Below, one piece after another: positions 25,602-32,000 of a stretch of DNA of 32,000 nucleotides. The notes under the pieces were generated by a model. The model was given only the letters and a program-made list of their open reading frames with translations. It was not told the origin of the DNA and searched no databases. The stretch is from Candidatus Syntropharchaeum caldarium (GTDB lineage: Archaea > Halobacteriota > Syntropharchaeia > Syntropharchaeales > Syntropharchaeaceae): positions 1-32,000 of the forward strand of contig LYOS01000006.1 of the NCBI GenBank assembly GCA_001766815.1. The letters run 5' to 3'. Numbering within the stretch: the first letter of the stretch is position 1; each line of letters begins with the position of its first letter. A program made the position numbers and the translations under genes.

Positions 25602-26474
25602 TTATATAAGATTCACACCCACAATAGCACCCTCTCCCACTGCGCTTGCAACCTGTCTTACCCCACCTGTTATATCTCCACAGGCGAATACATGCTCTAC
25701 ACTCGTTCTGCAGCCAGAATCAACCTTTATGAAACCTCTATCATCAAGTTCAATCCCCAGATTAGATGCAAGCTCGTTGTTTGGAACTGATCCTGCTTCA
25801 ACAAATATCCCGTCAACCCGCTCTCTGGTCAACTCTCCCTCAAAACGGTAACAGATTCCTTCGACAAACTCATCTCCGTATATCTCAATCGGCTCAACTC
25901 CCGTCAGAATCTCAACCCCTCTCGCCTCAAGTTCCCTGAGATATATCGCCTCTGCCCGAAGTCGTTTCTTTGTACAGAGTACCTTAACATTGCTGAAATT
26001 TGAGAGATAGTATGCTGCTTTGGCTGCTCCGTTACCATATCCTATAACCACTACAACCCGATCCCTGAAAAGCGCACCGTCACAGACTGCACAGTAAGAT
26101 ACACCACGATGCAAAAGCTTCTCCTCGCCTGGTATACCAAGTCTCCCAGGATGTGCACCTGTGGCGATCACAAGTGCTCTTGCCTCATAGACTTCTTTAT
26201 CTGTCTTTGCTCTGAAAAACTCACCTTCGTTTTCAAGCTTGAGGACACGGGATGTGACGATCTCAGTCCCCCATCTCTTAGCCTGTTCTTCCATTTTGGT
26301 GGCAAGTTCCATCCCTTCTCCTTCAAACCCTGGATAGTTCTCGATCCTGCCACACTTTGCAAGCTGGGAATCAAATTTATCACCGATCACAAGTGCCTTT
26401 TTACCACCACGTGATACATAGATCGCGGTAGTTAAACCTGCTGGACCTGCCCCCACAATGACCACATCATACAT
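25602..26474 (-). CDS. thioredoxin reductase-like FAD-dependent disulfide oxidoreductase, 290 aa
   Basis: MYDVVIVGAGPAGL FAD fold, redox-active CAVC (VSYCAVCDGALF) and a second dinucleotide motif GYGNGA. Start ATG 26474 (AGGGTGA upstream) is preferred over the 35-aa N-terminal extension of the ORF track. Confidence 0.85.
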   Translation of the reverse strand: MYDVVIVGAGPAGLTTAIYVSRGGKKALVIGDKFDSQLAKCGRIENYPGFEGEGMELATKMEEQAKRWGTEIVTSRVLKLENEGEFFRAKTDKEVYEARALVIATGAHPGRLGIPGEEKLLHRGVSYCAVCDGALFRDRVVVVIGYGNGAAKAAYYLSNFSNVKVLCTKKRLRAEAIYLRELEARGVEILTGVEPIEIYGDEFVEGICYRFEGELTRERVDGIFVEAGSVPNNELASNLGIELDDRGFIKVDSGCRTSVEHVFACGDITGGVRQVASAVGEGAIVGVNLI

Positions 26475-26590
26475 ACGAGATTCACCCTGAGAAGAATCAC
26501 ACTTTGTGATATATGGCTTTTGTGTCGATCTCGGAAAGTTTTTTAAGAGCGTCCTTCCAAAGTGATAGCAGTACTTCATGGAGGTTCACA

Positions 26591-26725
26591 ATGGTAGAAA
26601 TGTCAGATGAGCAAAAAAGATTGAAAGCTCAGGCATGTCGAGATGAGATCGGAGATAAATTTCCGATGAGTACCTGTATCAATCACTGCCCGCTCTATGA
26701 GATCTGTAAAGATTTGCCGAGGTAG
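26591..26725 (+). CDS. small Cys-rich hypothetical protein, 44 aa
   Basis: ATG 26591 has a GGAGGT SD 5 nt upstream. Product: MVEMSDEQKRLKAQACRDEIGDKFPMSTCINHCPLYEICKDLPR (four Cys). The last 10 nt overlap the 5' end of tRNA-Ser, which lowers confidence. Confidence 0.35.
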   Translation: MVEMSDEQKRLKAQACRDEIGDKFPMSTCINHCPLYEICKDLPR

Positions 26726-26801
26726 CCAAGCGGCCTACGGCGCTGGTCTTGAAAACCAGTGGGGCTTACGTCCCGCAAGGGTTCAAATCCCTTCCTCGGC
26801 G
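26716..26801 (+). tRNA. tRNA-Ser (anticodon UGA), 86 nt, no encoded CCA
   Basis: Acceptor stem GCCGAGG/CCTCGGC with discriminator G. Anticodon stem CTGGT/ACCAG with loop CTTGAAA. Long variable arm GGGGC-TTAC-GTCCC. T arm AAGGG-TTCAAAT-CCCTT. Confidence 0.92.
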
Positions 26802-26831
26802 TCTGAATAAAGGCATTTTGTGAACGTGAGA

Positions 26832-26840
26832 TTTATAAAA
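26832..26840 (+). promoter_or_regulatory. candidate TATA box for the LeuA/CimA-family gene (leaderless geometry)
   Basis: TTTATAAAA centred ~26 nt upstream of ATG 26862. It lies inside the alternative GTG-26820 extension, which argues against that start. Confidence 0.45.
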
Positions 26841-26861
26841 CCTGATGGTAAGAGTGAGACG

Positions 26862-28391
26862 ATGACCTATTATCCTGATGTACTTCGTGGAGAATCAGTG
26901 CGGATATTTGATACAACACTGCGTGATGGAGAACAGACGCCAGGTATCGCATTTACGCTCGAGGAAAAGGTTGAGATAGCACGTCAGCTTGACAAACTCG
27001 GAGTGGATGTGATTGAAGCAGGCTTTCCAATATCCTCGCATGACGAACAGACCGCAGTTAAAACAATCACGAAAGAAGGTTTTGATGCGACGATATGCGG
27101 GCTTGCTCGGGTTATACGGGAAGATATAGACGCATGCATCGATGCAGATGTGGATATGGTGCACGTTTTTGTCTCAACCTCTGATATACAGCGTGAAACT
27201 ACGATCATGAAGAGCAGGGACGAGGTCTGTGAGATCTCGGTTGAGTCTGTGGAGTATGTGAAGAGTCATGGCGTTCAGTGCCTCTTCTCTGCGATGGATG
27301 CAAGCCGTACAGATCTGGATTATCTCATCAGGATATTTAAGCTTGTTGAGGAAGCGGGTGTTGATGCAATCAATGTACCTGATACTGTCGGAGTGCTGGT
27401 GCCATCCATGATGTACAATCTGATGAGCCAGATACGGGAAAATATAACGGTACCACTGGATGTTCACTGCCACAATGACTTTGGACTGGCTGTTGCAAAC
27501 ACTCTGATGGCCGTAGAAGCTGGGGCGCGCCAGGTACAGGTTGCAATAAACGGTCTCGGCGAGCGGGCGGGTAATGCCAACCTTGCAGAGGTTGTGATGA
27601 GTCTCCATTCGATATACGGTGCAAAGACCGGTATTCGAACCGAGTATCTCTACGAGACATCAAAGATCCTTGAGCGGTTAACAGGAATGCACATCCTGCC
27701 AAATACACCGATCGTGGGGGAGAACGCATTCTCGCACGAATCTGGTATCCATGCACATGGTGTCCTCAAGGCAAGCGCGACGTTTGAACCGGGAATCATG
27801 ACCCCAGAGATGGTGGGGCACAAACGAAGGATCGTTGTTGGCAAACACACAGGTGCACACGCAGTCGCCGAGAAGCTTAATGATGTCGGGATCGAGGTTA
27901 CACAAGAGCAACTTGAAGAGATACTTAATCGAGTAAAAGAAGTCGGTTCAAAGGGAAAAATGGTGACAGATGCGGATCTTTACACGATAGCAGAGGTTGT
28001 TCTTGGCGAACTTGGTGAACAGGAGCAGGTGCTCAAGCTGAAGGAACTATCCGTCATGACAGGAACATGTATGACATCGACTGCGGTTGTACGTGCCATA
28101 GTTCGCGGCAAAGAGCGTGCTGTTGCTGAGATCGGCGTTGGTCCTGTTGATGCCGCCCTGAACGCTGTTAAGAGTCTTTTTAGCGAGTTTGAGACGGTCA
28201 AGCTCAGGGACCTCAGGATCGACGCAATAACCGGTGGTTCTGATGCGCTTGCTGATGTGATGATCGCTGTAGAGGATGAGAAAGGGAGAATTGTGACCGC
28301 TCGTGGTGTGCGTGAGGATATTGTCCTTGCGTCGGTTGATGCGCTTGTTTCTGGTATAAACCGGTTGTTTTTCAGAAAGAAGAGGAATTAA
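26862..28391 (+). CDS. 2-isopropylmalate synthase / (R)-citramalate synthase family enzyme (LeuA/CimA), 509 aa from the proposed start
   Basis: [29 protein letters not shown] and a C-terminal LeuA-type regulatory domain. Strong similarity to archaeal CimA/LeuA as I recall them. Sequence alone does not separate LeuA from CimA. The ORF track starts at GTG 26820. Confidence 0.9.
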   Translation: MTYYPDVLRGESVRIFDTTLRDGEQTPGIAFTLEEKVEIARQLDKLGVDVIEAGFPISSHDEQTAVKTITKEGFDATICGLARVIREDIDACIDADVDMVHVFVSTSDIQRETTIMKSRDEVCEISVESVEYVKSHGVQCLFSAMDASRTDLDYLIRIFKLVEEAGVDAINVPDTVGVLVPSMMYNLMSQIRENITVPLDVHCHNDFGLAVANTLMAVEAGARQVQVAINGLGERAGNANLAEVVMSLHSIYGAKTGIRTEYLYETSKILERLTGMHILPNTPIVGENAFSHESGIHAHGVLKASATFEPGIMTPEMVGHKRRIVVGKHTGAHAVAEKLNDVGIEVTQEQLEEILNRVKEVGSKGKMVTDADLYTIAEVVLGELGEQEQVLKLKELSVMTGTCMTSTAVVRAIVRGKERAVAEIGVGPVDAALNAVKSLFSEFETVKLRDLRIDAITGGSDALADVMIAVEDEKGRIVTARGVREDIVLASVDALVSGINRLFFRKKRN

Positions 28392-29132
28392 ATGAATATC
28401 ATAGATTCTCACTGTCATCTCGACTTCAAGCGCTTTGATAAGGATCGAGACGCTGTCATAAGGCGGGCAGAGGAGGCAGGACTCAGCCTCATCATAAACT
28501 CAGGTGTGGATTACGCAACAAACCTGAGTACACTTGAGCTTGCATCCTCTTATGGTATGATCAGGGCAACGCTCGGTCTGAACCCTAACATGATCGCTGA
28601 GACTGATGTAAATCGCACATTAGATCTGATCGAAGAACGGGCAGGCGATGCGCTTGGAATTGGAGAGGTGGGACTTGATTACTACAGAAATAAGGTACCA
28701 AAAAGCAGGCAGAAAGAGGTCTTCCTGCAGACGATTGAGCTTGCAAGACGACTTGATATGCCGCTCATCCTCCACTCAAGAGATGCAGAAGATGTATGCT
28801 TCGAACTTGTTAGAGACCTTGACAGGGTCATATTTCACTGCTATGGTGGTACTGCATCCCTGATGGAAAAAGTTGTTCAGAAAAACTTTTATATTTCACT
28901 TGCAACGGTTATATGCTACTCCGAAGATCACAGAAAAGTTGTTGAGCGTGTTCCACTTGAAAATCTCCTGATTGAGACGGACAGCCCGTTTCTGTCACCT
29001 TTTAGGGGCAAGAGAAATGAGCCGGCATATGTCATCGAAGCAGCGCGCGAGATTGCAAGGGTAAAGGGGATTGAGATGGAAGAGGTCGCAGCGTTCTCGC
29101 TTCAGAATGTAAAGCAGGTTTATAATATTTGA
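28392..29132 (+). CDS. tatD: TatD-family metal-dependent hydrolase/DNase, 246 aa
   Basis: N-terminal IDSHCHLDF metal-binding motif and TatD-like pattern throughout. The ATG immediately follows the upstream TAA. Confidence 0.85.
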   Translation: MNIIDSHCHLDFKRFDKDRDAVIRRAEEAGLSLIINSGVDYATNLSTLELASSYGMIRATLGLNPNMIAETDVNRTLDLIEERAGDALGIGEVGLDYYRNKVPKSRQKEVFLQTIELARRLDMPLILHSRDAEDVCFELVRDLDRVIFHCYGGTASLMEKVVQKNFYISLATVICYSEDHRKVVERVPLENLLIETDSPFLSPFRGKRNEPAYVIEAAREIARVKGIEMEEVAAFSLQNVKQVYNI

Positions 29133-29203
29133 ACGATATTTTTATATATTACATAGGGAAAGGTTATTCTATATTTATTATTAGTGGTGAATGGTGACTG
29201 GCA

Positions 29204-30088
29204 ATGGAACTTACACCGATACAGAAAGAGGTTCTGACGGCCCTCATTGGGATATACCATAAGAAAGGAAGCGCTGTCAAAGGCGAAGAGATCGCACAGC
29301 TGATAGACCGAAATCCAGGTACAATACGAAACCAGATGCAATCACTCAAGGTTCTGGGGCTTGTTGAGGGAATGCCCGGACCAAAAGGTGGGTATAAGGC
29401 CACTGGAATGGCTTATGAAATCCTCTCAGTTGATACATCAGAAGGGAAGGTTCATATTCCTGTTAAGCGAAACGGTGAGGTCGTAGAAGGTGTCACCGTC
29501 GAGGAGATGAGCCTGAAGACACTGCGAAATCCTGCCGCATGTAATGCTACCCTCAGGATGATAGGTAATATTCGTGAGTTTGTAGAGGGAGATGCGATAG
29601 AGGTTGGACCAACACCTGTCAACAAACTCATACTGGTGGGTACCGTCATCGGGAGAGACGATTCGGAGAATACGCTTTTAATCGAGATTAAAAAGATGAT
29701 AACTCTACCGATGATGCCGATTGGAGAATATATCTCATCAAAACTTGTGTTCATCCCGTCCAACGCATCCATTCAGGAGGCGTCGCGATTGCTCGTCGAG
29801 AATAATGTTCAGCGTGCGCTTGTCATGGAGAGGGATACCATAAAAGGTATTATATCATTCAAAGACATTGGAAAAGCGCTTGCATCAGGGAAGCTACACA
29901 CACGTGTGAAGGAGCTTGCAAAAAAAGAGGTTGTCTCGATCGAGAGCGAAGAATCGGTCTATGATGCAGCGCTGATGGTCGATAAGTACAATGTCGGTTC
30001 GGTGCTTGTCACAGAGAATGGTGTTCCAAAGGGGATTGTAAATAGGGCAGACGTGCTTAAAGAGTTCGCAATCTACTCTGACACGTGA
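29204..30088 (+). CDS. predicted transcriptional regulator with N-terminal winged-helix domain and C-terminal CBS pair (COG2524-like), 294 aa
   Basis: N-terminal wHTH-like region (LTPIQKEVLTALIGIYHKKGSAVKGEEIAQLIDRNPGTIRNQMQSLKVLGLVEG), central beta-rich domain and two CBS repeats at the C-terminus. Confidence 0.8.
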   Translation: MELTPIQKEVLTALIGIYHKKGSAVKGEEIAQLIDRNPGTIRNQMQSLKVLGLVEGMPGPKGGYKATGMAYEILSVDTSEGKVHIPVKRNGEVVEGVTVEEMSLKTLRNPAACNATLRMIGNIREFVEGDAIEVGPTPVNKLILVGTVIGRDDSENTLLIEIKKMITLPMMPIGEYISSKLVFIPSNASIQEASRLLVENNVQRALVMERDTIKGIISFKDIGKALASGKLHTRVKELAKKEVVSIESEESVYDAALMVDKYNVGSVLVTENGVPKGIVNRADVLKEFAIYSDT

Positions 30089-30891
30089 TCTGCATCTTTT
30101 CGCATGAGACGCTCTGTAACCTCGATCAGTGGATGTTTTGCATAGTCGAGGATGGTAATATCTTTTAGCGTCTTCACCCCTTCTTTTTCCGCAGTTGCCT
30201 CAAGCCCCAGTTTTATATCTTCGTCCATATTGATTATATAGGCATCCAGTTCTTTGATCCCGAGCTGCGTTGCTGCAACCGCTCTATGATGTCCGTCGAC
30301 TAAAACAACTTTATTCGGCTTTTTTATAACAATAATTGGCTCATTAAGCCCCTTTTTAAGCTCATAAATACGCCCTTCAAGTTCATCTCCATAAATCTTC
30401 GATTGGGTTGGTGTAATATCCTCAACATTCACATATCCACGTTTGACCGTGAGATGTACATCATGGAGCGACTCGATCATTTTCTTGATTTTTGAAACTT
30501 TATCGGGATGGGCACGCTCAATTTGTGATCGTATGACATCTGTATTCGTTATGATCCCGACAAGCCTCTCATTATCATCAATCACAGGAAGTTTTGACAT
30601 GCCTGATCTGAATAAAACTCTTGCGGCATCGTCAAGATCCATCGAAGGATGTGCAACAAGCAGGCTTCTGGACATCACATCTGCCACGAGATCGTTTGAA
30701 TCATTCATGATAAGGTCATACGATGAGACGTATCCAACAAGATTCCCATCATCGAGAACCGGAAAACCATCGTGTTCACCCGCCCGCATCAACTCGACAA
30801 CCTCGTCTACCCCCTGGTCTGGACGCACCGCGACTACATCTGTAGTCATATAATCCTTGACCTTTGGTCTTTTCTTATCGTCGATGCTCAT
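30073..30891 (-). CDS. CBS-pair protein fused to a ParB/Srx-like (ParB nuclease-type) domain, 272 aa
   Basis: Two N-terminal CBS repeats, then a ParB-like core (ITPTQSKIYGDELEGRIYELKKGLNEPIIV...VLVDGHHRAVAA). Strong SD GGAGAGGAGGT upstream of ATG 30891. The 3' end overlaps the convergent gene by 16 nt. Confidence 0.8.
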   Translation of the reverse strand: MSIDDKKRPKVKDYMTTDVVAVRPDQGVDEVVELMRAGEHDGFPVLDDGNLVGYVSSYDLIMNDSNDLVADVMSRSLLVAHPSMDLDDAARVLFRSGMSKLPVIDDNERLVGIITNTDVIRSQIERAHPDKVSKIKKMIESLHDVHLTVKRGYVNVEDITPTQSKIYGDELEGRIYELKKGLNEPIIVIKKPNKVVLVDGHHRAVAATQLGIKELDAYIINMDEDIKLGLEATAEKEGVKTLKDITILDYAKHPLIEVTERLMRKDADHVSE

Positions 30892-30932
30892 ATGTTACCT
30901 CCTCTCCACTATACTATAAAATATTGCGGTGC

Positions 30933-30940
30933 ATATATAA
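30933..30940 (+). promoter_or_regulatory. candidate TATA box for panE
   Basis: ATATATAA centred ~30 nt upstream of ATG 30967, with no SD in between. Confidence 0.4.
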
Positions 30941-30966
30941 GTTAGGTAGGATAGATTTAGTGTTAG

Positions 30967-31869
30967 ATGAAGATCGTTGTTATCGGTGCAGGCGCACTTG
31001 GAAGTCTATTTGGGGGGCTTCTTGCATCCTCGGGGGAAGAGGTTGTGCTTGTGGGAAGAAAAAAGCACGTTGATGCAATAAACGCGAGAGGACTGAGGAT
31101 AAGTGGTCTTACAGATGCCATAATTAATATAAAGGCTTCAACGCAGCCAGAAGAGGCGGATCTCATTCTTTTTACCGTGAAATCCTACGACACTGAAACA
31201 ACGGCATCAAAACTCATAATAAAAGAGGATACAACAATCTTAAGCCTCCAGAACGGCCTTGGGAATGAAGAAAAGATCGCAGAAGTTGTGGGATCAGAAC
31301 ATGTCATCGGTGGAATCACATCGCATGGTGCACTCTTCATTGAGCCAGGACACGTCAAACATACAGGCATCGGCGATACCGTGATTGGGGAGCTTGATGG
31401 CTCGATAACACAGCGAGTGAAGGATATTTCACGGATCCTGAATAACGCCGGGATTAAAACAGAAGTTACAGACTCGATAAAGCATAAGATCTGGGAGAAG
31501 CTCGTCGTGAATGTTGGGATTAACGCCCTCACAGCAATCGTCGGAGTCAACAATGGCAAACTTCTTGAGATACCAGAACTTAATTTGCTCATGCAGGATG
31601 CAGGATTAGAGGCGATCAGAGTCGCAAGAGGTGCAAAGATCGAGCTTGAGGATGATTTGATTGGATATATCGAGGACGTTGCAAGAAAGACCGCGGCGAA
31701 TCGCTCTTCAATGCTCCAGGATGTATCAAAGGGAAAACGTACTGAGATAGATGCGATAAACGGAATGATCGTTGAGATGGGAACGAAATTGGGTATCGAT
31801 ACACCGGTGAATCGTATCTTCACACTTCTGATAAAAAGTATTGAGAAGAGGGGGGTTGTTGATCAATAA
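30967..31869 (+). CDS. panE: 2-dehydropantoate 2-reductase (ketopantoate reductase, PanE/ApbA family), 300 aa
   Basis: MKIVVIGAGALGSLFGG Rossmann start and PanE-family pattern, including the C-terminal SMLQDVSKGKRTEID motif. Confidence 0.88.
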   Translation: MKIVVIGAGALGSLFGGLLASSGEEVVLVGRKKHVDAINARGLRISGLTDAIINIKASTQPEEADLILFTVKSYDTETTASKLIIKEDTTILSLQNGLGNEEKIAEVVGSEHVIGGITSHGALFIEPGHVKHTGIGDTVIGELDGSITQRVKDISRILNNAGIKTEVTDSIKHKIWEKLVVNVGINALTAIVGVNNGKLLEIPELNLLMQDAGLEAIRVARGAKIELEDDLIGYIEDVARKTAANRSSMLQDVSKGKRTEIDAINGMIVEMGTKLGIDTPVNRIFTLLIKSIEKRGVVDQ

Positions 31870-32000
31870 ACTGATTAAAGCCACCCTGTTCTACTTGATT
31901 GCATTTATCGACTTTATATTCTCGTATGCAGCAATATTCTTTGGATTGATGATATTATTCGAGAGGAGGGAGGTCAGTTTTACTACCGCGGTCTACTGGG
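31859..32000 (+). CDS. possible membrane protein, N-terminal fragment (runs off the window end)
   Basis: The frame is open from TTG 31856/31859 (AGGGGGG just upstream, overlapping the panE stop) to the window end. It encodes a hydrophobic helix, LIKATLFYLIAFIDFIFSYAAIFFGLMILF. Non-ATG start and only 47 codons visible. Confidence 0.3.
   Translation, partial: MINKLIKATLFYLIAFIDFIFSYAAIFFGLMILFERREVSFTTAVYW

Noticed and set aside
25532-25609. 25-aa hydrophobic ORF (MQREERILIVLFVIAILMLVMIYII) in the larA/TrxR-like convergent gap.
   Set aside because: It is very short, has no SD or TATA element, and its end overlaps the TrxR-like stop codon. A single hydrophobic stretch in AT-rich spacer is weak evidence. 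It is mentioned only in case peptidomics exists.
26496-26510. Perfect palindrome ATCACA-CTT-TGTGAT next to an ATATAT element between the TrxR-like gene and the mini-ORF (possible operator).
   Set aside because: A 6+6 inverted repeat with a fixed short spacer is expected several times by chance in 32 kb. Without conservation or a second copy it cannot be called a binding site.
26716-26801. tRNA-Ser as an integration hotspot with an adjacent mobile element.
   Set aside because: There is no integrase, transposase or phage-like gene on either side. I did not notice a duplicated copy of the tRNA 3' half elsewhere in the window. The flanking genes are ordinary metabolic genes.
26820-26861. GTG start at 26820 for the LeuA/CimA-family gene (ORF-track call).
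   Set aside because: There is no SD, it starts only 18 nt after the tRNA, and the extension contains a strong TTTATAAAA TATA box placed ~26 nt before ATG 26862. The conserved [13 protein letters not shown] core begins shortly after either start, so 26862 is preferred, though 26820 is not excluded.
28389-28394. The LeuA/CimA stop (TAA) directly abutting the tatD ATG, as a sign of functional linkage.
   Set aside because: Zero-gap junctions are common throughout this compact window. There is no known biochemical link between the two families, so it is most simply genome compaction or co-transcription.
31185-31823. A 212-aa minus-strand ORF antisense to panE. Similar long antisense ORFs occur at 22841-23392, 21911-22354, 18686-19204, 18065-18553, 16531-17037, 9255-9671 and 24270-24740.
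   Set aside because: All lie fully inside well-supported genes on the opposite strand. They encode Ser/Thr/Pro/Ile-rich low-complexity sequence with no recognisable motifs, and they lack SD or TATA context. This is the typical stop-free shadow frame of strongly codon-biased genes.
31961-31975. Strong SD-like string GAGAGGAGGGAGGTC near the window end.
   Set aside because: No ATG, GTG or TTG follows within the remaining 25 nt. It lies in frame within the putative membrane-protein ORF (encoding ERREV), so it cannot be tied to a start codon from the visible sequence.

Overview
This is an archaeal chromosomal window. Markers are PAN, GatE, an Fpo/Fqo-type complex, TATA boxes about 25 nt upstream of start codons, and GGAGGTGATC-type Shine-Dalgarno sites inside operons. 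It is densely coded, and I saw no rRNA, CRISPR array, transposase or integrase. The first half (15461 down to 1, minus strand) is one co-directional block. It starts with a soluble HdrD-like Fe-S oxidoreductase, EtfB, EtfA and an acyl-CoA dehydrogenase. A complete, translationally coupled 11-gene F420H2:quinone/phenazine oxidoreductase operon follows, in the order J-K-M-(small ORF)-L-N-A-BCD-H-I-F. That operon has three unusual features: NuoB, NuoC and NuoD fused into one 773-aa protein, a FqoI subunit with an extra C-terminal 2x[4Fe-4S] domain, and a His-rich 77-aa two-TM protein between the M and L subunits. The second half holds housekeeping and accessory genes. These are PAN overlapping gatE (TTG start), a coupled cobT / divergent TrpD-like / Zn-dehydrogenase operon, and a Cas4-like(DUF83) / DUF167 / Toprim operon. 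Further along are an orphan LarA homologue, a TrxR-like flavoprotein, tRNA-Ser(UGA), a LeuA/CimA-family synthase, TatD, a convergent overlapping pair of CBS-domain proteins (HTH-CBS and CBS-ParB/Srx) and PanE. From gene content and fqo gene order I infer an Archaeoglobus / ANME-1 / Syntrophoarchaeum-like fatty-acid or alkane oxidiser. That is inference only and needs database searches. The best candidates for new biology are the modified Fqo complex with its genomic link to the ETF/acyl-CoA module, the cobT-trpD-like-dehydrogenase operon, and the Cas4-like/DUF167/Toprim trio. I found no clear-cut novel system.
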